Notes under the pieces: generated by a model
Seen by the model: the letters and a program-made list of their open reading frames with translations, nothing else
Told to the model about the DNA's origin: nothing
The model's database searches: none
Assembly (NCBI GenBank): GCA_965216025.1
Contig: CBDCEX010000015.1
Location: 7,063-71,062 of the forward strand
Reading direction: 5' to 3'
From: Dehalococcoidia bacterium
GTDB taxonomy: Bacteria > Chloroflexota > Dehalococcoidia > Lucifugimonadales > UBA3495
DNA length: 64,000 nucleotides
Translations under genes and position numbers: made by a program
Part shown: one piece after another, positions 19,426-29,509 of the stretch
Position numbering within the stretch: the stretch's first letter is position 1
Layout of the letters: the number at the start of each line of letters is the position of its first letter

Positions 19426-20390
19426 GAACGGTGCGTTCCCAGGTTGTCCACCAATCGGGTAGGAGGGGGCCTCGCGGCCCCCGTCCTCCCACACCACCGG
19501 ACGTACTCAGCGTATCCGGCGGTTTCCTCTACTGTTTCAACAGGTGCTACCACCCGTCAAGGCTCGTTTCCGTTCAGACACCGTGGTCGCTGGCTGCTCC
19601 TCGCTCACCCCAGTTCCGGTTCCGCCTTCACCAGGGACGCCGGGGCGCACGGTCTCCTTCCTCCATTCAAGAAGGAAGAGTAGTTAGGCCGTGCCTTGCT
19701 GCCGCTCTACGCCCATCGAGTCCTCTTGACTGGCTCCTTGCAGTAGAGGATTCGGCCCTTCATCCTTCCCGTGCGGGAAGGACTACTATGGCCTCGGCTG
19801 ACTTCTCCGGAGCCTTCCCCCACCGTTGCTGGTGCGGTAGTCCCGATTCCATCGGGACAGCCCCAGAGATCTCCCAGGGTAAGCTATGCATCCTTCCCTC
19901 GGTCCCCGCCGGATTTACCAACGCACATGTCCGGATGACTACCGGGCCTCCCCGTCCATGGCCGGGTTACCCCACTGCGCCGGCCTTGTATCCGATTCCT
20001 GTTCGTCGGGTCCGAGTTTTGCCATCAGCTTCCTTCAGATTCCACCTCACGGTGGACACCCTTGCTTAGGCTAGCGGTTCCGGTCATCACGGCCCGCAGA
20101 GGACTTTCACCTCCAAGATGCACAACATGCCTGGCACACCAAAATGCCACCGCTGGTCTGCGCATCGCTGGCGATCACTGCCTCCAAATGCTGAAAGAAG
20201 TACGCCCCAGTACGGCATCGGTACGTCTGGGGCCCCATAGGGGCTCTACAATCTGACCCGCCATCACATCTCGACTGATGATGAAGGAGCGAGTACCATG
20301 CCGGATGTATTCAAACTCCCGTCGTTCTACCTTAAACCAGGATGTTTACGCTCCATGGCTTCGGTTTGCTTGGAGCGCTTCATGCCTAGG
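19426..20390 (-). mobile_element. fragment of IS630-family IS type 2, carrying a group II intron
   Basis: 19426-19453 and 20139-~20390 align with 55884-55912 and 55913-~56160 of the full copy. Both IS ends are missing and the coding sense is degraded. Confidence 0.6.
19454..20138 (-). mobile_element. ORF-less group II intron (685 nt)
   Basis: Reverse strand starts GUGUGCCAGGCAUG. Near the 3' end there is a domain V-like hairpin ACCGCCGGAUAC-GCUGA-GUA(CG)UCCGGUGGU with a 2-nt bulge. A domain VI hairpin GGGAGGACGGGGGCC-GCGA-GGCCCCCUCCU(A)CCC has a bulged A 7 nt from the 3' end (..GAU). The uninterrupted site GTTGTCCACCA|CAAAATGCC exists at 55912/55913. Domain IV is a short hairpin with no ORF. 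Confidence 0.65.
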
Positions 20391-20780
20391 CAAGATGTGG
20401 TTCATTGACCGTATGGTATGGGTTTATCAAGATATGGAGAAAGCAAGCCCGGAGTAAACAAAAGCTGGATATAATGAGGGGATGAGAGTTCCCCAGCTTT
20501 GAGCGGCTCACCCGGGTTGAATAGGGAGCGCGTCCTGTTTCTTCGGTATATCCGCCTTAGGGATCTCCGGAATGTGGGAATTCCATTACCGGGGTCGTGG
20601 ACACGGTGTTGGTTACTACTACCACTTCCCCTATCGGGTAGTATCGCCCGTGGGGATGGCGGATAACATCGATGACTTGTTGGGTCCAAACATTCTCCAA
20701 GAGAAGACAAAGGTAACGTAACATCGTATAAAATCCGCTTGAATTCTATTGAAGATAATCGAAGTTTCTAGGAGGAACCA

Positions 20781-21503
20781 ATGGCAGCATCCTGGGAAAC
20801 CATCAAAGTAGACGGATCAGACATGCGGATGTACCTGAGTGTCCCCGATGGTTCGGGGCCCTTTCCGGCAGTGTTGGTGAGCCAGCATGGACCGGGAGTT
20901 AACGAGTTTATCCAAGACATCGCTAACAACCTGGCCAAGGAAGGCTACGTCGCTTGTGCGCCGGAGTTGTACCATCGGGTCACCGAGGAAATGTTGGCCG
21001 ATGGGTCAGGCCCGGGCGACTACAACAACGACATTGATACCATTACCGACCTCAACGCCACCGTGGAGTACCTGAGAAGCCATCCCTCCGTCGACGGGGA
21101 ACGGCTGGGCATAACCGGGTTCTGCGCTGGTGGTCGAACAACCTGGTTAGGCGCCGCTACCAACTCCCATTTCAAGGCGGCGGTTCCATTTTTCGGCGGC
21201 AACATCATGGTGCCCAGGGGAAATACCGACCAAAGCCCCTTTGACCGGACCAGTGGGATGAAGTGCCCCGTTCTTTTCCACTTTGGTGGCATAGACACAA
21301 ATCCATCCCCGGAAGACCAAGCCAAGTACGACGCAGAGTTGACCCGCCTGGGCATACCCCACGAATTTTACAGCTACCCGGGGGCCGACCACGCCTTTAT
21401 GGACTACAACCGCGATCGGTATCAAAAAGAGGCCTCTGATGTTGCCTGGCCCAGGACCTTGGAGTTCTTCACTGCTCATCTCAAGGGAGTAGCGGTAAGA
21501 TAG
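20781..21503 (+). CDS. dienelactone hydrolase family protein
   Basis: 240 aa. GITGFCAGGR (Cys nucleophile elbow) and YPGADHAF. AGGAGG RBS upstream. Confidence 0.85.
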   Translation: MAASWETIKVDGSDMRMYLSVPDGSGPFPAVLVSQHGPGVNEFIQDIANNLAKEGYVACAPELYHRVTEEMLADGSGPGDYNNDIDTITDLNATVEYLRSHPSVDGERLGITGFCAGGRTTWLGAATNSHFKAAVPFFGGNIMVPRGNTDQSPFDRTSGMKCPVLFHFGGIDTNPSPEDQAKYDAELTRLGIPHEFYSYPGADHAFMDYNRDRYQKEASDVAWPRTLEFFTAHLKGVAVR

Positions 21504-21526
21504 CCTCACACACCTAAGGAGCAACC

Positions 21527-23053
21527 ATGAAATATGACTTTATCGTTATAGGAGCCGGATCGGCAGGCTGTGTGATGGCTACCCGCCTGTCCGAAATCCC
21601 GGACCGATCGGTCCTGCTATTGGAGGCGGGCCCGGATTACCCCGACTTCGAGAGCTTACCCGACGACCTGAAGTTCGGCTACGACCAGACCGCCTCAGCG
21701 ATAGACGCGCCCCACAACTGGTCCTTCGTCGGTAATCCAAATCCCCAACAGCCTGCCACGATGCCGGTCCCCAGGGGCAAGGTGGTGGGGGGCACCAGCG
21801 CCATAAACGGCCAGGTCTTGCTGCGGGGAGTTCCCGAGGACTACGACAACTGGGCCGCTTTGGGCAATAACGAATGGGAATTTATCAAGGTGTTACCTTA
21901 CTTCCGGAAACTGGAAACAGACGACGACATCCGAGACGACTTCCACGGCTTCGACGGCCCGATTCCCGTGCGACGCCACCAGCGTGAAACCTGGCTGCCG
22001 GTCCAAAACGCCTTCCACCAGGCTTGCTTGGAAGCGGGTTTCGCCCACGACCCAGATATGAACAACCCGGACTCTGGTGGGATCGGACCTCTGCCGATGA
22101 ACAACCCCGAAGGCGTTCGCATGAGCACTGCCCTGAGCTACCTCAATCCTCAGCGCCACCGGCTCAACCTGACCATCAGGGCCAACGTGGTGGTCCGACG
22201 GGTGCTCTTTGATGGGACTAGGACCACCGGCGTGGAAGTGGAAAGCGGCGGAGAGATCTTCACCTTGGAAGGGGAAGAGATCATCCTCAGCGCCGGAGCG
22301 ATCGCTTCTCCCCAGTTGCTGATGCTGTCAGGCATCGGCCCGCCACACCATCTTCGAAGTCTGGGTATACCGGTGGTCCACGAGTCGCCTGGCGTTGGCC
22401 AGAATTTGAGGGATCATCCGAACATCAGGGTGCCCCTGGAAGTCAAAGACGATTTCCCCATGGACCCTAAGGCACCCAGGTCCCAAACTGCCCTGCGCTA
22501 TACCGCGGAGGGCTCCACGTTACGCAATGACATGCAACTGATGGCATCCTCCTTTTCTTCTCCCCTCGCGGGAGACCCGCTGGAGGCTGAGGGTATCCGG
22601 TTCACTTGCATTCTGGAGTTAGCCAACGGCGCTGGGGAAGTAACTCTGGCCTCCACGGACCCAAACGACCAGCCAAATCTTTCTTACCACTTCCTGGAAG
22701 ACCCCTTTGACCTCCAGAGGCTACGGGAGGCGGTTCGGCTGTGTATCCGGTTCCAAGATCACGAAGAATATCGGAACATCGTCAAGCGGCGGATAACACC
22801 CACCAACGAGGACTTGGCCACCGATGAGACTTTAGACGCCTGGCTGCGGCGCAACGTGTCGACTTCCCAACATCTGGCAGGGACATGCAAGATGGGACCG
22901 TCATCCGACCCGACTGCGGTGGTGGACCAGTATTGCCGGGTTCACGGTCTGCAAGGGCTCCGCGTTGTGGACACCTCGGTGATGCCCAACGTCGTCCGGG
23001 CCAATACCAACGCAACCGCCATCATGATCGCCAGCGGGTGGCCGATTGGATGA
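21527..23053 (+). CDS. GMC family oxidoreductase (choline dehydrogenase-like)
   Basis: MKYDFIVIGAGSAGCVMATRLSE (FAD fold), ..GGTSAINGQ.., C-terminal ..HLAGTCKMG.. and ..VVDTSVMP.. The last few residues look shifted: the expected ..IMIAERVADWMK is readable one frame over at ~23030. Confidence 0.85.
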   Translation: MKYDFIVIGAGSAGCVMATRLSEIPDRSVLLLEAGPDYPDFESLPDDLKFGYDQTASAIDAPHNWSFVGNPNPQQPATMPVPRGKVVGGTSAINGQVLLRGVPEDYDNWAALGNNEWEFIKVLPYFRKLETDDDIRDDFHGFDGPIPVRRHQRETWLPVQNAFHQACLEAGFAHDPDMNNPDSGGIGPLPMNNPEGVRMSTALSYLNPQRHRLNLTIRANVVVRRVLFDGTRTTGVEVESGGEIFTLEGEEIILSAGAIASPQLLMLSGIGPPHHLRSLGIPVVHESPGVGQNLRDHPNIRVPLEVKDDFPMDPKAPRSQTALRYTAEGSTLRNDMQLMASSFSSPLAGDPLEAEGIRFTCILELANGAGEVTLASTDPNDQPNLSYHFLEDPFDLQRLREAVRLCIRFQDHEEYRNIVKRRITPTNEDLATDETLDAWLRRNVSTSQHLAGTCKMGPSSDPTAVVDQYCRVHGLQGLRVVDTSVMPNVVRANTNATAIMIASGWPIG

Positions 23054-23144
23054 AGTGACCTCCAAAACCTCTTCGTGAGTGAATCCCGCACTCCCATTCG
23101 AAGCAGTTAAGGGTGACGAAGATCATAGATAGCGAGGTGTAGTT

Positions 23145-24292
23145 ATGGCGGCAAGTCCGAAAAGTATCGTCCAGGAAGCTGTCGACGTCAGCGAACGCGG
23201 GGAGATTGGAGTTCAGGTCGCTGCCTATCTGGACAGCGAGCTAGTAATTGACGTGTGGGGAGGGCTGGCGAATGAGACCACCGGTCGGGAGGTCGATGGG
23301 GACACACTCTTCCCGGTCTTCTCCAACATCAAAGCAATGACGGCAGTGGCGCTCCACATACAGGCTGAGCGGGGGCTGGTAGACTACTATAAGCCGGTGG
23401 CCCATTACTGGCCCGAATTTGGCAAGCATGGCAAAGACAAAGGGACTGTGTTCGATGCGTTGACCCATCGTATCGGCGTTCCCTTGATGCCGGTGGGGGT
23501 TACCCCCGAGTTGATGTGCGACTGGGACTGGATGGTGGGGCAGATCGCGGACATGCATCCCCTCTTCGAGCCGGGAACCAGAAGCGGTTACATGGCTTAT
23601 ACCTTCGGCTGGGTTATTGGCGAGGTAGTGCGCCGTACCGATACGGAACATAGGCCCTTCGGTAGGTTCATTCAGGAAGAAATCTGCCAGCCGCTGGGCA
23701 TCGACAACCTGTGGGCAGGAATCCCGCCCGATGTTGAACCGCGCGTCGCCAAGCTTACCAACTTGCCGCCGGTCCCTCCCGGAGCGCCTGGAATACCACC
23801 CGATTCACTCAGATTCCGGGCATCCCCGCCCGAGGTTGGAACCAACCAGGAGGTGTTTGGGCGTTCTGATGTGCGACGGGCCTGTATCCCAGGAGCACAG
23901 GGGATTATGAACGCTCGTAGCCAGGCCAGGTTCTACGCCATGCTGGCCAACGGCGGTGAGCTAGACGGAGTCCGCCTTCTTTCGGAGGATAGGGTCCGCA
24001 CGTTCAACATACCGCGTCCCCCCAGTGATTACGATCCAGTGCACGGGGTACCACATCATGGGACCATCGGCGGCTTGCACTTCGCCGGTAGTCCCGGGAT
24101 GGGTGCGATGGGTAGTAACCCCGTGCTTTCGGTCATAACGGCGCTGGTGGCTCTCTGGGCTGGGCCGACCCCGGGCATCGACTGGCGGTTGCTATTCATC
24201 ACAACCGCATGGTTCCCCATGGCCCAGCCGAGGAAAGCCCACTGACGCCTATCGAAGGCGCAGTTAGAGAGGCTCTGGACATATCGGAGTAA
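23145..24292 (+). pseudogene. beta-lactamase-fold serine hydrolase, frameshifted near the 3' end
   Basis: S-x-x-K motif FSNIKAM. At ~24119 (AACCCC run) the family-like continuation PRAFGHNGAGGSLGWADPGHRLAVAIHHNR.. is in another frame and ends at 24292. Confidence 0.7.
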
Positions 24293-24479
24293 CCTCGCAA
24301 GGGCGTTTAATGAAGCAGAAGTGAGAATGGAACTGCAGGCAGGAATACCGGCTCCTCTGAATCAGTTCCTCTACACTGTGCTCAAGACATTATTGATGGA
24401 GTGGCAAGCACCTAAATACTCTCCCCTTGTCGCGCCATCCAAAAAATGTAAATCCAACAGAATCGGCAGGTGATTAAAA

Positions 24480-25250
24480 ATGACCACGTTAGAGTGGATT
24501 GATGAGGGGATTAACGAAGCCGGGGTCCAAGAACGCCAATTCGTAATCAAAGAGGGAAGGAGTCCGGTTCCTGGTATCATTTGGACCCCCCAGTTGGTGG
24601 AGAACCCTCTACCCTTGGTGTTGCTTGGCCACGGCGGTAGCGGCCACAAGCGTAACGACCGGACGTTGATGTTGGGACGCAGATTCGCCAGCAACGATCA
24701 GTTTGCTGTAGTGGCTATCGATGGTCCTGCTCACGGTGACCGGGCACTTCCGCAGTCCGAATCGGAAGGTATAGACCCCATGAAGGTATTGGAGGATATC
24801 GGTGTCGATGCGACTATCGACGGAATGGTCGAAGACTGGTGCGCAACGCTAGACCAAGTTACGGCCATGGAATTCATCAAGACCGATCAAGTGGCCTATG
24901 TTGGGTTTTCAATGGGGACTCGCTTTGGCCTCCCCTTTGTCGCCGCAGCCGGAGACCGGCTTCGTTGCGCGGTCCTCGGCAAGAATGCCCTCAAAACCAT
25001 AGATGAATCCCGTATGGCAAATAGTGCAGGCCCTCGTTTTAAAAAGGACGCGCCGAACATCCATGTACCGGTGTTGTTTCACATGCAATGGGATGATGAG
25101 TTGTTTTCCAGAGAGTCCCAATGCGAACTGTTTGACCTAATCGGCTCCGAAGACAAACGGCTGATTTCCTATCCAGGCCCACACGGGCGAGCGCATCCAG
25201 AATCAATAGACCAATGGTGCCGATTCGTCGAGGGGCATCTAAAAAGCTAG
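24480..25250 (+). CDS. alpha/beta hydrolase
   Basis: 256 aa. LLGHGGSGHK and nucleophile elbow YVGFSMGTRFG. Confidence 0.7.
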   Translation: MTTLEWIDEGINEAGVQERQFVIKEGRSPVPGIIWTPQLVENPLPLVLLGHGGSGHKRNDRTLMLGRRFASNDQFAVVAIDGPAHGDRALPQSESEGIDPMKVLEDIGVDATIDGMVEDWCATLDQVTAMEFIKTDQVAYVGFSMGTRFGLPFVAAAGDRLRCAVLGKNALKTIDESRMANSAGPRFKKDAPNIHVPVLFHMQWDDELFSRESQCELFDLIGSEDKRLISYPGPHGRAHPESIDQWCRFVEGHLKS

Positions 25251-25366
25251 CATGACGCGCCTCTAATAACCCAATGGGGCTCCAGAGAGACGGGTGCCCC
25301 CCTGTTTCTGGAGGATCTCGTCGGGACTTATTTAGACCGCCCGAAAATCATAAAGGAGGCTCGCTC

Positions 25367-26383
25367 ATGCCATTTGGAGGTAATGACTGGCTCGCTCTGA
25401 CACAGGAGCCAACGTTGGAACCTGCGCTGCCCATCTGTGACCCCCATCACCACTTTTGGGATTTTAGACCCGTGCGGCTTCCCTACCAGCGTTATCTTCT
25501 CCACGAGTTGGCCGCCGATATCTACAGCGGTCACAACGTACGATCAACGGTTTTCATTGAAACCAGCTCCATGTACCGTCCTGATGGACCGGAGGAGTTG
25601 CGTCCTGTTGGAGAGATCGAATTCGTGCAAGGTTTGGCGGCGGCCAGTGCCAGCGGCCTCTACGGACCCGCCAAAGCGGCAGCAGCCATCGTGGGCAGGG
25701 CCAACCTCAACTTGGGGGAAGAAGTGAAGCCAGCTTTGGAGGCGCTTCAGGCAGCCAGCCCCAATCGGTTTCGGGGCATCCGCCAATCCGCCGCCTGGGA
25801 CTCCGATCCCGAGGTAGAAGACCGGGCGCCTAAAGGCCAGCTCGCGGATTCCAATTTTCGGACCGGCGCCCAAACGCTAGCGCAAATGGGCCTGTCGTTG
25901 GATATTACACTCTACTTTCCTCAGTTGCCCGAACTAGCGGACTTCGCCAACGCCGTCCCTGAGCTAACAATCGTTCTGAACCACATAGGTGGTCTGCTGC
26001 GGACAGGTCCCTACGGCGACCGAGATGATGATGTACTGCCCGTCTGGAAAAGCGGTATTGCCGCCGTGGCCAAATGCCCCAACGTCAACGTCAAGTTGGG
26101 TGGTGTAGGACAACCCCGTTACGGGTTCGACTGGTACGCCCGAACGGAACCCGTTGGCTCTGAAGAACTGGCTGGGGCTTTAGACCCCTTCTTGAACTAC
26201 TGCGTTGAGCGGTTTGGACCTGACCGCTGCATGTTTGAGAGCAACTTCCCTCCGGACAAGTTCTCTTATTCCTACAACGTTCTATTTAACGCATTCAAAC
26301 GGCTCTCCAGGGGCTACTCGACCGCCGAACGAGCCTCCTTGTTTCATGATACTGCCACAAGGGTTTACCGGATTGACGTTTAG
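25367..26383 (+). CDS. amidohydrolase-2 family metal-dependent hydrolase
   Basis: AAAGGAGG RBS before ATG 25367. CDPHHHFWD metal-binding motif and a TIM-barrel hydrolase pattern. The stop TAG (26381-26383) overlaps the first base of the IS5-family element. Confidence 0.8.
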   Translation: MPFGGNDWLALTQEPTLEPALPICDPHHHFWDFRPVRLPYQRYLLHELAADIYSGHNVRSTVFIETSSMYRPDGPEELRPVGEIEFVQGLAAASASGLYGPAKAAAAIVGRANLNLGEEVKPALEALQAASPNRFRGIRQSAAWDSDPEVEDRAPKGQLADSNFRTGAQTLAQMGLSLDITLYFPQLPELADFANAVPELTIVLNHIGGLLRTGPYGDRDDDVLPVWKSGIAAVAKCPNVNVKLGGVGQPRYGFDWYARTEPVGSEELAGALDPFLNYCVERFGPDRCMFESNFPPDKFSYSYNVLFNAFKRLSRGYSTAERASLFHDTATRVYRIDV

Positions 26384-27303
26384 TAACTATCTCAAAACCT
26401 TGAATTGAATTTGAAACTTATATTATACTTCCACCAAAAGTGTGGAGGTGAAAGCAGTGAAACCAATGAGGCAAGTTGAACCGCTGGAGACTATTTGGGA
26501 GATTCCGGACGATTTGTGGGAGAAAGTTGAGCCAGTGATCCTGGAGGGAATCCCTCCCAAAACCACCGGTCGCAAGCGGGTCAACCCAAGGCCAATCCTT
26601 AACGGAATTATCTTTCGCTTACGTAGTGGTTGCCAATGGAACCATCTGCCCAAGACTTTTGGTGACGATAGTACTATCCATCGTACTTTTCAGCTATGGG
26701 TAGAATCGGGAGTGTTGAACCAAGTGTGGTCGGTCATGGTAGAGGAATGTGAAGAGCTGGGAGGTGTGGACTGGGAATGGCAAGCAGCGGATTGCGCCCT
26801 GGGTAAAGCTCGCCTGGGGGGGACGCAATTGGCCCCAATCCCACGGACCGTGGCAAGGCGGGCAGCAAGCGAAGCCTGTTGGTAGAGGGGGACGAGGGCC
26901 TCTGAGTCTAGTGGTAGCTGGAGCCAATGTCCACGACACCAAGCTGCTGGAAGCCACCCTGGAAGCCATTGTGGTGGAGCGGCCTCAGCCCACTGACCAG
27001 GCACCCCAGCACCTATGTCTGGACAAAGGGTATGACAATCCCACCGGCCACCAAGCTGCCGCTGCCCACGGGTATCAGCCCACATACGACGTATTGGTGA
27101 GGAGAAGCTGGATAGCTTCGGCGAGAAGACCCATCCGGCCCGACGTTGGGTGGTGGAACGAACCCTGTCGTGGCTGTCCAAGTGCAGAGGATTACTTGTC
27201 CGTTACGACAAAAAGGCATCCAATTTCCTGGGTCTTTTGCAACTGGCCTGCGGGCTACTGTGGTACCCGCGAGTTTGGCGCCTTACTGTTTTGAGATAGT
27301 TAC
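26383..27303 (+). mobile_element. IS5-family (IS427/IS1031-like) insertion sequence, 921 bp, degenerate
   Basis: Inverted repeats GTAACTATCTCAAAAC at both ends. 3-bp TTA direct repeats at 26380-26382 and 27304-27306. Confidence 0.8.
26442..27296 (+). pseudogene. IS5-family transposase, at least three frame changes
   Basis: orfA ..ILNGIIFRLRSGCQWNHLPK.. (DUF4096-like), then DAIGPNPTDRGKAGSKRSLLV, GANVHDTKLLE..CLDKGYD, and IRRIGEEKLD..RRWVVERTLSWLSKCRGLLVRYDKK, each in a different frame. Confidence 0.75.
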
Positions 27304-27373
27304 TTAGTGGCCAGACCATTGGGGAGCTCGAGAGCATGAGGCAACGAAACGGGTCTAAGGAAGGAGGGCTCCC

Positions 27374-27589
27374 ATGGCGAAAGGCTTCAACTTACCCGAT
27401 GTTAGAGATGGTCTCAGCCACAGTGAACGAATCGTCCTCTGGTGTTTCTACGAACTAAAGCAGCAATATGGTGACAGGCAGATTCCAACGAGCCTGCTCT
27501 ATGGACGGGTTGTTGAACATGTCGACATGAGCGTTGGGGATATGAAGAGTGTTCTCGTGCGGTTCGTCAGGAATGAGCTTTCACCGTGA
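27374..27589 (+). CDS. hypothetical small protein (contains a GyrA-like LPDVRDGL motif)
   Basis: 71-aa ORF with a GGAGGG RBS. NLPDVRDGLSHSERIVLW resembles the GyrA/ParC N-terminal signature. Confidence 0.3.
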   Translation: MAKGFNLPDVRDGLSHSERIVLWCFYELKQQYGDRQIPTSLLYGRVVEHVDMSVGDMKSVLVRFVRNELSP

Positions 27590-28187
27590 GGTAGGTGTGG
27601 TAGCCCCAAAGAGGTGGGACAGGAGATAGCGGAAAGTGCGATGCTGGGCGCGTACCTTGGGGCAAGCAGACCGGAATAGTGTGGTTGCTTACGTTGAAAC
27701 TGTGAGTGGGTGGCAGGAGACAATTACAACCGACAGGAGAACGTATTAGCACGTTCGTGTTCCCCGAAATCGAAGGCATACTCCAAGTCGTCTAGGCGAA
27801 ATTATTTTACCGTCCTCCACGCTGGCCTTTATCGAGCTAATCTACCGTCGGACCTCGTCGATGTGGGCCTCAGAAAGCTCCAATTGGACCATCACCTCGG
27901 CCACGTTGCTCACCGTATCCAGCCGTTTCAGCACTTGAACAAGTTCCCTAACTTTATCTTCTCCAGCCCGCAGGCCCACGAGGTAGGAGAATTTGGCATC
28001 TAGCTCCGCCTCGGTCATCTGCCGGTCCTTGCTCCCTTTGCGCAGCTTTCTACCATCCTTGGTTATGACGGTTACTCCCGCGTAGAAACGGTCTTCATAC
28101 CCTGCCCAGTCGCTCCTAGCGGAGATTTTAACCCGGTCTCGCATGGCGCTGAACTCTGGAGTGTTGGAAAACTTTTCGTCATGAGCC

Positions 28188-29437
28188 TCACGTAATCCCA
28201 TCCCGCCATGCAGCGCGGCCAAGGCCAGCACCTCCCTGCCAGAATGGGAGAGGCTGGTATTTGCATGGTGGACACTGCTGAACCAAAGCCAAGGTGGGAA
28301 CTACATTTTGGAGCGATGGCAAAGGCGTGGCAGTTTTCATCATCAGTGCGTCGGCTCGGGCTTGTAAAAGGGTTCGGCAGCGATGTTTCACTTCATCCTT
28401 ACGGTGAGCTAGCCCGCCGAAGAATACATACATCTTCTCTTGGACTTGGGCTTTTGTTCCCAGGCATTCGTTGGCCGTGACCTCTTCCCTGGCCCAGTCC
28501 CAGACGGCTTCGTCGGCATTGAAGTCTGGGCTGTAGGCCGGTAAGGCCACCAACCTCAGATGCAAGTCAGGAGTGGCCAGATGGCTGCGAATCGCTTCAC
28601 CTCGGTGGGCTGGCCCATTGTCCCAAATCACTACCAGAGGTCCAGGATGGTTTTCTCTTAGCTGCTGTAAAAAGGCGGTGGAGGTCTCGGCAGTGCTGTT
28701 TCCAGCTATCTCCATGGCTTCCACCTCCCCAGTCTCCAGACAAACTCCCGAGTAGTAGTTGGCCTTCTCTCCCCACCGGGGACTGGTGGAATCCACCAAA
28801 GCAGGCTGACCTCGCAACACCCATTTCCCCCTCAGGTCGGCATCGGCCCGAAAGTGGGCTTCGTCCACGAAGAAGATCTTGGCCCCACTCTCTTGGGCCT
28901 CCTCTCGGATTTGGCGGTACTGGAGGACGAAAGCTTTCCGCTCTTCATCCTTGGCTTTCAGGAGGCGTTTTTTGGGTCGCTTCAGCACGAAGCCCAACCG
29001 GTGGAGGTAGTTCAAGCAACTGCTCCGACTCAGCCCCAGATCAAAGCTCCTCTTGAGAAATTGCCTCACTACTTTCCAATTCCAGTTGGACAATTCAATT
29101 CCCGCCTCCCCAGGCGGATCTAGCACCGCAGACTTCAGTTGGTTCTGTTCACCCCGGCTCAAGACGGGGGGGAACCCCCAGTCTGTTCAAAGACCAAACC
29201 TTGGGCCCCGGCTCGGCGAAAGTTGGCCAGCCAGTTTCCAATGGTATGAGGTGCTCTCTCCAAAGCCTCAGCCACTTGGATCGCCGACCACCCTTGGGCC
29301 AACAACCATAGCCCATGCCAACGCTCCCGCTCACCAGGTGTTGGTGCTCCATACATGCTTTCCCGCAGGTTACCTACATCCAGTTGCCACCGTTCCAGGA
29401 GTTGCGCTATGTCTCTCATACCCTCCACCACCGCCAA
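28188..29437 (-). CDS. IS630-family transposase, copy B (orfA 29159..29437, orfB 28188..29162 with read-through tail)
   Basis: Same C7 run and +1 architecture as copy A. More diverged from copies A and C than they are from each other. Confidence 0.8.
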
Positions 29438-29509
29438 TCGATTTCTTTTACAGAATATCGCAACTCCTCTGCCGGTTCGTTTTATGTAGGTTTCACCTTA
29501 GCTTTGGTT
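28281..29509 (-). mobile_element. IS630-family IS, type 1, copy B (1229 bp)
   Basis: Same termini as copy A. The left flanking dinucleotide is TG instead of TA. Because the stop normally supplied by the TA duplication is lost, the transposase ORF reads 32 codons into the flank (ORF 28188..29162). Confidence 0.9.

Noticed and set aside
19414-20074. Long plus-strand ORFs (e.g. 19431..20069, 212 aa) and several overlapping ORFs in this interval
   Set aside because: Their translations are Pro/Arg/Ser-rich with no family resemblance. The interval is better explained as the antisense strand of a group II intron inserted in an IS fragment.
20098-20114. GGAGGUGAAAGUCCUC on the reverse strand resembles the RNase P RNA GAGGAAAGUCC core
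   Set aside because: No other RNase P hallmarks are nearby (for example ACAGAACCCGGCUUA, or the P4 partner). The motif sits near the 5' end of the inserted 685-nt intron.
28188-28280. The extra 32 C-terminal codons of the copy B transposase ORF, considered as a novel fused domain
   Set aside because: They are the antisense, out-of-frame sequence of the disrupted PrpD gene. They are read only because the TA that normally completes the stop codon has mutated to TG.
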